This document shows positions 49,234-61,000 of a stretch of DNA of 64,000 nt, in pieces (position 1 is the first letter of the stretch; each line of letters begins with the position of its first letter). Origin of the DNA: Albugo candida (Eukaryota); NCBI GenBank assembly GCA_040437565.1, contig JBDOQK010000004.1, positions 558,001 through 622,000 on the forward strand. Direction: 5' to 3'. Below the pieces are notes generated by a model. It was given only the letters and a program-made list of their open reading frames with translations, had not been told where the DNA came from and ran no database searches. The translations under genes and the position numbers were made by a program.

Positions 49234-52200
49234 ATGGACTGGGAAGGTAGTCTCGCTTTGATAATTCAATACACTGATGTAGATTTGGAGCGGGAATTCG
49301 AAAAAATCTCCGCTTTACGATTAGTGGAAGAACCTCCTCCGTTGGTGAGATCGGTACATAATGTAATTACACGGACGTTCGGCGCGGAAGCTGACAGAAA
49401 CTTATCTGCTTCTGTTTAAAAGTATCCTGCATGCGAGGTTCCGGATTTATCAAGTAGAGGGAAGAATTCTCAGCAGAGTAAATCTGAGTCGAGACAAGAT
49501 ATATCGACAAGAAGTCACATCAAACAAGAGCATTCTGACTTATTTCATATGAACGCGCCGTAAAGTAAATGTTTACAGTGTGGCTTGCAACGTCTTCCAC
49601 TTTAAATCTGTTTTAGTCAGCCTGAGCACGTTCAAGAAGAAAAGCTAGATGGTCTTGGAAGTACAAGCAAGATCTTGGTGCCGTTGGATTATCTACACAA
49701 TATACCTCGTCGCTAACTTCTTAGGTGCAGGACTGTGCCTCAACATGTTCAATGGACCGCCTCCGTCAAACGCTGGAAAGCGATGCTTGCAAAAAAGAGG
49801 AAGTGCATAAGCGACAATTGTATAAGACTCTTCTAATGCACTCGGATGAACTAGAGCGTTTGAACTTTGAAACAACATCTATTAGTCATGCAGTCCATGC
49901 TTTGAACCGAAAGCAAGATCAATCAAATCATGAACTCACCAATTTGCAGGCGCAAAGCAATGAAATCTTTTCTTTCTGCGAGAAAGATGCAGCATGGAGG
50001 CAACTCCAACAGAAAAGATGGCTCGAGGTGCAACAGACGGTCACTTCAGTTTTCGAAAAGCACAACAGCATACAGGAATCCTTAAAAGAGAAAGTTTCAG
50101 GATCTGAACTGGTAATGCAAGTCAAAACCTTTATGGAACCAATAAAAGTAAAGCTACAAACCATCGACCACCGTCAAACTCAACAAATTGGCGAATTGGC
50201 GCATTCGACCAGTACATTGTCCCTCTCGCTTGATTCCGTCATGGGGAACGTCAACAAACTTCAGTGCTTCGATATGGTCAATTTACGAAAGGAGTTGTCA
50301 GACTTGAAATCTTATTGCATGAAGCAAGGTACTACAGCAGGGAATCAACCGGAGAGAACGAATAAGTTCAAGTTTAGTGAAGTCCCGGGTAAGTTAGGCA
50401 AGGAAATTGGCAGTGCATGCCAAAGCTCGGCCTTTGAACAGATTGAGGTACTTTAAGCTAAATGAGCTGGAACTATACAATAAAATCTCAGGCTGTAACG
50501 TCATATTCACGACCAGATCAGGAGCGGGGCTACCGGCGCAGAGATCAGAAAAGAATGCATAGATTACATCGATGCTGAATGCCAAGAAATACACGCATCA
50601 GTACTCAGGCAGATGCGAGAAATTAGCAAAGAGACCATTGCGGATCTGAAGGATTTTGTGACGGGAACATACGCCAAAAATATGAAGAATGATATTCAAT
50701 CCCATTTTGATGCATCGATGGCTCCTCTCTTTGATAGATATGCCGGACTAGAATCTAGAACAGATTCTATATCAAGAGAATTGAATCAAGAATTCTGTGG
50801 CATCAAAGAACGATTCGATGCACTAGAGCAGCAGTCAAAAAGGCTGTCACAAGAGATCACTAGCACATTACGGCAGATCAAGATCCCTTGCCATGTTGAG
50901 GATGTCAAGCTTGAGTTAGAGGCTCTCCGAAAAAGTTATGAAAAAGATATAAGCCAACTTTTGAGAAAGATGGACATGGTAGAAGAAAGATTCGAAGAAT
51001 TGATAGGCTCGCTGAGTGCTAAAGTCTGCGATGATCGTAATACTATCACGAAACATATGCATTTAGACGAAAGAAATACTTGTCAGCTCGGTGGTAGTTC
51101 CCCTGTACAAAGCGGAACGACTGTTATTGAGTCGATTTTGCATTTGCTGCAAGCACATTTTCAGTCCCCCTTGCAATCAAAAAGAACAGCAGTATCACCG
51201 GATGCAGTCAGCCTGATAGATCGAGAAAACGATTTGGATCGAAATATAAAATCCTCAGTCGACTTAGTGTCAAACGTATCAGGCAGGTCCCTCATGCCAG
51301 TCACAAAGTGTCCCACTGAAGATACGAACGCTCCCACGGAGTTCCTCCTATCGGTAAAAAAAGATTCGACCGCATCCAAAGACGAATCTATAGAGTCGTC
51401 AGAAAGGAGGAAAGAACTCGATTTTGATAAAAGTACGTCAAAGAAATTGCCCAACAACACTTCCAATCACCCAGTAGGGATACAAGAAGCTATCACGAGA
51501 TATGGGTACCCGAATCAAGAGATATACATGAGCGAGTTACAAACTGAAGCCGATACTGCACAAATGAAGTTTCCGGAGAGGTGGAACAAGTCCGATAATT
51601 CAACCGAATCGGCTTCGACTATGCCAGGTACATCACTATTTCTCTGATAACCTTTTAATGTATCCGAGCTTAGAACACTCTCCGGCAAAGTACATGTCAA
51701 ATGAGCGTCCTACAAAAGATAATATTCTGTTTCCTTCATGCAATCAAACACGATCGGCTTTTGAACGTGATGTTATCGATCAATTGCACAATGAGCCTAT
51801 CGCGATATCGAGAGTTACGGATGTGAATCATGCAGAAGGTAAAAGGAAGCTAGAGTTGCAAACCAATGTCCAGTCCAAGTTCAATACGGAAGACTTAGAC
51901 CTGAATATCCAGACACGCACTCCAGCATCACCTGTTTCAACATCCGGGAGTACGCGAGGGAAATTGTCAATGATATCACAGCCTATGCTTACATTGGAGA
52001 GCGCAGAATCGCAGTATGCTTCTCAAGAATGTCGCTTTTGCTCATTGAATATGAATATGTCGGATATTATCGAACACGAGCTGACATGTGGATTGCTCCC
52101 GAAGCAATGTCCCCATTGTTTGAAACGACAGAAGGTATTGCGATTGCTCAATCCGCATCGATTTGAGTATCGCTCTTTCGATTTTTAGGCACTCAACCTC

Positions 52201-53417
52201 GCGGAGCATATCAAAATTTGCGAATACCGGATTGTTGCATGCACATTGAAATGTGGCGCTAAGTTTTTACAACGTGATTTGGCCAAGCATCTTTCTACAC
52301 GATGTCACCTACAAAGCGAAGCATGTACAAGTTTTGATGAATCGATCATTTCGCCTGTTTTGAAGAACCGATTCAAGGTACAAATCAAAAAAACTGTATC
52401 CTCTGACTGTATCCGTGCATCTGTAGGATACATGTGAATTTTGCAATAAGATTGTCGCTTTTAGGGAATTAGAGAATCACTATATGATGTACGAAGATTA
52501 TTTGATGGTCATCATGAGACTGTGTAACGTATTTTCATTCTAGTTGCGAGAAGAAGCCATCAAATTGTCAATTCTGCAACGCGAGCCTTCTCAAAGAGGA
52601 AATGCCTTGTCATGAGGCTTCATGTAAACAGAAATCTCAACAGGTAAGCACTTGCACACATTGTCGGCAAAGTGTTCCAAATGCAGGGAAGCATTTGCTC
52701 ACATGCTCGAAGCGTCTTGTCAAATGCACTCGTTGCTTCAATCAAATTCCAGCTGACCAAATTATTGCACACTCAGTGGCTTGCCCATCCAGATTGTCTG
52801 ACACTGTCGACTCTTCTTATAAGCACACACAGAAAAGAGTAGCTACAGGAGCACCACCTCCTCCACCCTATCCACCACCAAAAAGTGTTCATGATGACGT
52901 CGGAAAGCTCTCTCGAGAAATATGTACGCTACCCGCGCAGTCAAGTACCGAGGAAGACACCGCAACTTCTGCGTGCAAAGGAACACAAGGAAGGCATCGA
53001 TCTGATCCAGATAGAGAAGAAATTTTTGCCCAACGTATGATACGCTTACATGAACTTTTGCAATGCATGATACTAACGAAAAGGAGTAGCTGTCCACCAC
53101 TGGACTGTAGATGTAGTCTGTCTTTGGTTATCTCAAGAGGCTGAATTTGTTCAATTTGTGGTGCGTAACTTTAGGGCATCGTACGATTTTTTTTATTACT
53201 GACTTCCTGAATTCAAATTATCTAGCCCCGCTTTCGTTCGCTGCGATACAATGGGAAGGACCTGACTCAATTGACTGAGACGAATTTGATAAATGACCTA
53301 GGCATCAACAATCGATTGCAACGTCAGCGCTTAATGGATGCTATACAAGAGCTGAGAAGAAAGCACAATATTCACGATAGTGATACCGAAGATGAGGACG
53401 ACATCGATGAGGCTTAG
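49234..53417 (+). CDS. Multi-exon protein: long coiled coil, TRAF-type zinc fingers, Pro-rich patch, C-terminal SAM domain
   Basis: Series of ORFs bounded by GT-AG sites. Repeated C..C......HE..C fingers (CRFC...EHELTC, CPHC, CTLKCG...LAKH...C, CEFC, CQFC...HEASC, CTRC...AHSVAC); PPPPPYPPP; SAM-like WTVDVVCLWL and LINDLGINNRLQRQRLMDAIQEL; stop at 53415-53417. Exon borders only partly resolved. Confidence 0.7.
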
Positions 53418-53685
53418 ATTAGGACATTTTATCCGTCTACCTAAAAGTACAGTTGAAAGGCTTTCTTCCAAACACGCTTTGCTAAAAAGCACAAGGTATA
53501 TCTACTTATCATCAAGTACTCGCTACCTCAGCTAGGGATATCTTTTGATACAAGGGATTCTTCAAGTGAAGGCTGCTCTATGGCCNNNNNNNNNNNNNNN
53601 NNNNNNNNNNNNNNNNNNNNNNNNNNNNNNNNNNNNNNNNNNNNNNNNNNNNNNNNNNNNNNNNNNNNNNNNNNNNNNNNNNNNN

Positions 53686-54947
53686 TGTACAAGTTTTGAT
53701 GAATCGATCATTTCGCCTGTTTTGAAGAACCGATTCAAGGTACAAATCAAAAAAACTGTATCCTCTGACTGTATCCGTGCATCTGTAGGATACATGTGAA
53801 TTTTGCAATAAGATTGTCGCTTTTAGGGAATTAGAGAATCACTATATGATGTACGAAGATTATTTGATGGTCATCATGAGACTGTGTAACGTATTTTCAT
53901 TCTAGTTGCGAGAAGAAGCCATCAAATTGTCAATTCTGCAACGCGAGCCTTCTCAAAGAGGAAATGCCTTGTCATGAGGCTTCATGTAAACAGAAATCTC
54001 AACAGGTAAGCACTTGCACACATTGTCGGCAAAGTGTTCCAAATGCAGGGAAGCATTTGCTCACATGCTCGAAGCGTCTTGTCAAATGCACTCGTTGCTT
54101 CAATCAAATTCCAGCTGACCAAATTATTGCACACTCAGTGGCTTGCCCATCCAGATTGTCTGACACTGTCGACTCTTCTTATAAGCACACACAGAAAAGA
54201 GTAGCTACAGGAGCACCACCTCCTCCACCCTATCCACCACCAAAAAGTGTTCATGATGACGTCGGAAAGCTCTCTCGAGAAATATGTACGCTACCCGCGC
54301 AGTCAAGTACCGAGGAAGACACCGCAACTTCTGCGTGCAAAGGAACACAAGGAAGGCATCGATCTGATCCAGATAGAGAAGAAATTTTTGCCCAACGTAT
54401 GATACGCTTACATGAACTTTTGCAATGCATGATACTAACGAAAAGGAGTAGCTGTCCACCACTGGACTGTAGATGTAGTCTGTCTTTGGTTATCTCAAGA
54501 GGCTGAATTTGTTCAATTTGTGGTGCGTAACTTTAGGGCATCGTACGATTTTTTTTATTACTGACTTCCTGAATTCAAATTATCTAGCCCCGCTTTCGTT
54601 CGCTGCGATACAATGGGAAGGACCTGACTCAATTGACTGAGACGAATTTGATAAATGACCTAGGCATCAACAATCGATTGCAACGTCAGCGCTTAATGGA
54701 TGCTATACAAGAGCTGAGAAGAAAGCACAATATTCACGATAGTGATACCGAAGATGAGGACGACATCGATGAGGCTTAGATTAGGACATTTTATCCGTCT
54801 ACCTAAAAGTACAGTTGAAAGGCTTTCTTCCAAACACGCTTTGCTAAAAAGCACAAGGTATATCTACTTATCATCAAGTACTCGCTACCTCAGCTAGGGA
54901 TATCTTTTGATACAAGGGATTCTTCAAGTGAAGGCTGCTCTATGGCC
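53686..54947 (+). repeat. Direct duplicate of 52324-53585 across a 100-N gap (probable assembly overlap)
   Basis: Apparently identical sequence at offset 1362; repeats the 3' exons of the SAM gene and the 3' end of EAF6. Confidence 0.85.
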
Positions 54948-55699
54948 TTGAGTAATGTATTGCTTTTTTCAATGTTTACATCGCTGTTCAAACTTGCAGA
55001 TACGGGTACGACCGAAAGTGTCTCCGTCAAATGGTCTTTCTGAGATTCTGTTTGCTTCTCACGTTTTCGTTTCTTGCTTTTGCCGCCTTCTGACAATGCA
55101 TTATTGTGACTAGTTCCATTTGAGCTAATCATACCTGCGGCCTTCGCTTCTTTGGTCACTGAAGCAGCAGAAACTTTGCATTCAGTCGAAGCCACGTTAA
55201 CTATCTCCTGTGTCTGCGTCGCTCCAGAGATCGATGATAAGCTTGATTTTCGTCGAAGAATACTGCTGGTAGACGTTTCATTTCCCGAAGATCCTACATT
55301 TTCATTCTTTTCTGAGCTTGTTCTACTTTTGGTATTAGAGGAGGTTTGACGCGCACTTTTTGAAGCCATTGTAGTATCTAAATTCCATGGATCAACTAAA
55401 GACCACTCAGGTTCCATCCCAAAGGATACGTAGGCGCTTGAATTTGAAAATAAGTAATCCAGTTCTGCGTATGGCTTACTTTTGTACTTCATCGTGTTCA
55501 GCTCTTTGCGCGATTGCTTCGTATCAATGTACCCTTCCCAACCGCGGACGATGTTTCCATATGGAGTCTCGTCCAGATAGGACGCTTCTACATCAGATAT
55601 TTGTTGCTGAAGTTTTAGTATTCTCTCGTGGAGCTTACGGTAGTCCGTATAAAGCGATCGTGATTCTTCCGATACTTCAGTGATCGATTTCGTGTTCAT
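54890..55699 (-). CDS. EAF6: NuA4/MOZ histone acetyltransferase subunit Eaf6 (MEAF6)
   Basis: LQQQISDVEASYLDETPYGNIVRGWEGYI...LFSNSS is the Eaf6 domain signature; Ser/Lys-rich disordered tail with an NLS-like KKRKR. Confidence 0.88.
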   Translation of the reverse strand: MNTKSITEVSEESRSLYTDYRKLHERILKLQQQISDVEASYLDETPYGNIVRGWEGYIDTKQSRKELNTMKYKSKPYAELDYLFSNSSAYVSFGMEPEWSLVDPWNLDTTMASKSARQTSSNTKSRTSSEKNENVGSSGNETSTSSILRRKSSLSSISGATQTQEIVNVASTECKVSAASVTKEAKAAGMISSNGTSHNNALSEGGKSKKRKREKQTESQKDHLTETLSVVPVSASLNSDVNIEKSNTLLKAIEQPSLEESLVSKDIPS

Positions 55700-55904
55700 G
55701 ATCTGCCAGAAAAAATAAATTACGGAATTCTAATTCTACTCTTTGNNNNNNNNNNNNNNNNNNNNNNNNNNNNNNNNNNNNNNNNNNNNNNNNNNNNNNN
55801 NNNNNNNNNNNNNNNNNNNNNNNNNNNNNNNNNNNNNNNNNNNNNCTCTTTGCCTTATATAAATTTACAAATGTGCTGCTGAAATTTGATGTAAACTTCA
55901 ACTG

Positions 55905-57948
55905 CTAGATATTCCTCAGTGACTGAGGACAAGCTGAGTTGATACGGGCCGCTGTGGTAGCTGTCATGCTTGTGGACCCGCCTAAAAGTGGCTTAAGGTA
56001 TGTTTCATCTACGCTCTCCCATAAACTATGTATACCCCCGGAATCCTCTGATGTTCTTTCGCGTTTCTCCTCGAATTGATCATCGGGATTTGCGCGGTCG
56101 TCCTCATGAATCGGTCCAAGTGTCATCAATCTTTCTTCGGATCCGCTTGAGGCAAGAAGTGTGAAATAAGCATTGTAGCAATGGCAAGAGCACTTACTCT
56201 TGGACGTCCTTCATCAAATCGTCCGAAGAATTGAGATTAAAGTGCCGTAGTAGTGGTCCTGTGCCCATTCCAAATACCTATGCAATAAAGCAGTTTTATA
56301 CTTGGAACAATGAGCGCAAATGTGAGACTTTACCACTGTGGTAAACATTACTGTAAACAGCGTGGTGCTCTGCATAACGGCAACATGATTTTTGTCGGGC
56401 GAGTAAACATTCAGCACTAATGCCAAAGCGATCGCTCCGCGTAAACCGGCAAACCAAATTACAATCATATACTTGGTTTGTATTTTCTTCGTTCTTCTGC
56501 AATTCGCTAAGGCACACAGTGGAAATATGTTCAACATTCTTCCAAGAAGACAAGCCAGTAAGTTGAAGAAGATAAATGCCCAATCCCAACTAAAGTATTC
56601 CAGATACGCGACACTGGTCATACCAAGATATACAAAAATGAAATTTTCAGCCATGAAAGACGCTGTTGAGAGTAAGTGGCGCAAAGCGGTCGCACTCTCT
56701 TGAGAGACATTGTACAAATGGTAATGACTCATCAGGACACCTGAAATAAAGAGAGCTACGATGCCACTTAACCCTGCAAGATCGGCCGCCAGATAGCTCA
56801 AATAAGCTGAAAGAAGGACGATTGATATTTCATAGGAAGGATAGTGGTGCAACACCGGGTCTGCATGCTTTAATAGGAAGGCTGATGTCGAGCAAACAAT
56901 CGCAGCAAGTCCAACAGATCCCATCCCAATGCCTATAACCTTCAAGATCACCATGCTCGCAACATCCAAAGTCACTTCAGTTACACCATCGTGAATCATT
57001 TCTTGGAAAACAGTAAACGCCACAATGGCTATAGAGAATGCATTAGCGATCTGTTGTTTCACAAAATGGGATACGACGCACCTACGCCGTCGTTCAGTAC
57101 GCTCTCACCAAAAACCAAATTGAACAGTATCGATGGAGCTCCATTCTTCTTAAACACTGATAGTGTGGCCACCGGGTCAACTGCTGATATCAGTGCTCCA
57201 TATAAATATGCCTCCGCAGCTGTAAGCTCGGTCACAAGTCCCATTTTTCCACACCATAGCAGCACTCCTCCGGTTACAAAGGTTGCTATTAAAGTTCCCA
57301 CCACAGCCAGTAGCAAGATAGTTGAGAAATTGGCGAAAAATCCCCTCTTCTTCATACTGAATCCAGCTTCAAGTATTATAGGTGGTAAAAGTCTAAAATG
57401 TTGGCTCATTTTTGTTATCTCCGCAATGTAGAGAAAAGAAAGCGATGACACTCACGCAAAGAAAAGTATTTGTGGGCTCAGTCCACTCTTCAAAGACTCC
57501 TACATGACAGATGCAGCTTTTTCATACTATTTCGACGAGCGAAGGAGTAGGCAATATAAACGTACGATTGGCGATACTAATCGTAAGACAGCTCCAAACT
57601 TGTAAGATACACGAGAGATGATGATCAGTGTTATCGCTTCATTAGCTCACTACGTATTCGTACCAAAATTCCGAGACTCATGGCGCAAACGGATTCGGAG
57701 ATCATCATCGGATGCGGAGCACGGTCCAACCGATACGCTATGAATACCAGTAAAAGTTGCAAGCTGGCGATAACAAATAGCTCAGCACCCGTCCACTCCA
57801 TCTGCGCTTTACCGGATCGGATAACATTCTCTTGATTCGATATATTGGCCACAGTATCAATCAACAGCTCCGCTTGTGAAGGACCTGACTGCATTCTTCC
57901 TCCCAACAATTCAGTGACCGTACTTAACGTACTTTGCCATTGCCGCAT
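55905..57948 (-). CDS. Na+/H+ exchanger (CPA1, NHE/NHX family), multi-exon
   Basis: LLPPIILEAGFSM, FFANFSTILLLAVVGT, GALISAVDPVATL, LVFGESVLNDG, LSGIVALF, AENFIFVYLG, WFAGLRGAIALAL and a C-terminal W...DE.YLKPLL; ORF pieces separated by short introns. Confidence 0.92.
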
Positions 57949-58020
57949 CGTTTTTTACTTTGTGTCGTTTCGTGCCCTAAGATGGCTTGTACTCATCTCG
58001 TGCTCCATGATAAAGCGTAT

Positions 58021-61000
58021 ATGACAATAAGAAATGAGGAAATGCACGACAATGAAATGGCTAGCATTGTCTTCCATTCAGTACTCTAAACTTTGAATTG
58101 ATTGATGAAAGGATAATGTCCAAATAATGTATTGTTGGTGCTTTATAGTTACGCAGAAGTATTTTGACTGTGACCACTTCATCTCTGCATGAAGTTGATG
58201 TGGAGACCGGGTTATTGAGTGGCTATGTATCATTTGATCTATCAACTGCTGTCTATATAGCTCCCATTCCCACAGAAGAAAAAGATAAATGCATAGTTTT
58301 AGATCAATTAGTCCCAGTAGGGAACTCGTTTGCCGCCGCTGTGTATCAGTCCCGTTATATGATTTCTTGGGACCTTGACGAGATGGTTTTGTACTCATTT
58401 GATGAATTAGAGAAGTCACAGAAGAACATTACAGCACTAACGGCTTCGCTCGACAGGGACAATATGATATTCTATACAGTCGAAGCTAGCCGCAGCATCA
58501 AAATCCGTAGTCTCGATTCAGGTGAAAACACAAAAAAAATAACTTGTAAAGCATCGAGTAGAAATGCTATTCCCGTCACACTGGCATTTTGTACGTTGGC
58601 ACGATTGCTGTGCGTCGGTCACACAGATGGAAGTTTTCAGCTTTGGAACGTACAATCGGCCATTTTAACGTGCACAAATAAAGAGGAAGCTGCGGTACAT
58701 TGCTACTTTATACAAATGAGCGCTGTTTTGACTTCTAACGCATATGTTGTGATAGATGGCAACGCTTGTCGCTTCCATTCAGTGCGTTCCGTCGACAGTT
58801 GTCAGCCTTTCTTTCAAAGGCTGTGGAGGAGGCCTCGCTGAAAGTCACACGAAGCAAGATAAGCTCTATTTTGCCGTGGCATACAGAAACAAGACCTTAG
58901 AAGTATGGAAAGTTGACATTGCTACGGACTCAGAATCTTTACGAAATGGGGATCCGTTATGCATCGCTTCGACTCAAATTAGGTAAGCTGGACTGAGGTT
59001 GCTTTCCATACAGTACGTTGCTACATTAGTTTTTGTAGCGCAAATTTGTCGACAGCGGGTACTGATTTTTCAAAAAAATGCGGCAAAGTCGACTTTTGCT
59101 GGCATCAGTTAGACTCTATTTTGCTGGTTCATTGGGTACCGCAAACAGGCTCGGAATTAAACCATCGTCTTATTGCTTGGGATTATAGAGCATCTATCCA
59201 ATCCAACACATACCCAGTGTTTATCAATTCATCCAGCACCATTGATATAACTGGAAAATCGGACGAATTGAATTGGTTTACAACCGCAAGATCATTGCTC
59301 TATTGGTCTCAGTATCGTCCACTTCTCTATACTTCCGCACCCACTGAAACAAAAATTATCGAGTTATTTGTATCCCAAGAGCATGTCGAATCAGAAAAAC
59401 CAGCAAAGATAATCCAAGAGCTACCTCACCTCTCAACTCAGGTTCCTCTTGCACTGAACAATTACCTAAATTACCGAGCGGTTCCAAGTTTTATCTATAA
59501 TATTCATCATCTGGAAAACTTCTTCTTTCTTCGTCGTGTATCGCTGCAGAACGGAGTTGTGAAGCAGGTTGAACGTCTACCCTCATGGAACACGGATGAT
59601 GGAAAGATGCTTTTTCCATGGCAGTTTGTTGCGAACGAAAATCAAAGTATGTTCTGCATCAAGCTTAGGGCTCTAAATAGATTTGACGAAAAAAATGAAG
59701 CGAAGAAAGTCGGTTGCACAGGGAACAAGTCTCAATATGTTACCTTGTCCTTCAATGCCGATACTGAACCGGAAGGTGTGAAGTATGGTGCACTTTTCAA
59801 AGCAAGAAAAGTAGCATTCGTATCAATGGAATTAGACGAAACGCACAAAAATTGTACTCCAAGCTATCTTCTTGTCCTTGATGTGACAGGTAGAATTTTG
59901 CGAACCCATAACGATCATCATGATTCCAACTACTCCGTTGCGTTATCCCAAGAGATTCAGCAGTTCTTTGTCACCCCGCTTCGATCTGGCAACGGTGATA
60001 ACTCTCATCAAAAGCTTCATCATCGTTTGATTTTTACAGCTATCGACGATTGCAATAATACGGAATTGTTGTTTTTTGGAGACGAACTGTCAAAAAGGAG
60101 TCAAAATTTATTGCCGCATCGTTATTGGCGATCTCAAAATGCAGAACGTATTCTCAATGTGTCATGGAATAAGCCCGGGCTGACAGAAAATACTCATNNN
60201 NNNNNNNNNNNNNNNNNNNNNNNNNNNNNNNNNNNNNNNNNNNNNNNNNNNNNNNNNNNNNNNNNNNNNNNNNNNNNNNNNNNNNNNNNNNNNNNNNCGT
60301 TATCCCAAGAGATTCAGCAGTTCTTTGTCACCCCGCTTCGATCTGGCAACGGTGATAACTCTCATCAAAAGCTTCATCATCGTTTGATTTTTACAGCTAT
60401 CGACGATTGCAATAATACGGAATTGTTGTTTTTTGGAGACGAACTGTCAAAAAGGAGTCAAAATTTATTGCCGCATCGTTATTGGCGATCTCAAAATGCA
60501 GAACGTATTCTCAATGTGTCATGGAATAAGCCCGGGCTGACAGAAAATACTCATGGCGATGATGGCTCGACATTGATGGCAGCTGTCTTGACAACGGATC
60601 GAATAATCATTCTTTCTGAATCTCTCACAGCTTTTGCTAAATATTCGATTCCTTATACTAACATACAAAGTACTTTGTGGATTGCTCAGTCACTGCTACT
60701 CGCAACTCGAGAAGGTCATTTACGATACTTGACTCCAATGGTTCCGGCACACAACAATCAGAATGATGAGGAGATACATCTCATCTCTTCGTTTGCGGTG
60801 AATGATATGAGAGAAGAAAACGGGTCAGACACATTTTGTGTGCAACTTGTAGCGGCAATCGGAGATCGTTTGATTTACACGTTGATTAACTTGCACACAT
60901 TGGCAAACCACGTGATTATACGACCTTGGTCTATCGCTGAACCAATTGCGGCTGGATTTCTTTCGTCTAATTCATATATTAAGGCAATAGTGGAACGAGA

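Noticed and set aside
53686-54947. Apparent tandem duplication of a 180-aa zinc-finger gene and SAM exon
   Set aside because: Identical copies abut a 100-N gap, the same pattern as five other gaps; treated as an assembly overlap.
59941-60554. Internal 85-aa repeat in the large WD40 protein
   Set aside because: Identical at the nucleotide level and bracketing an N gap; an artefact that happens to keep frame.
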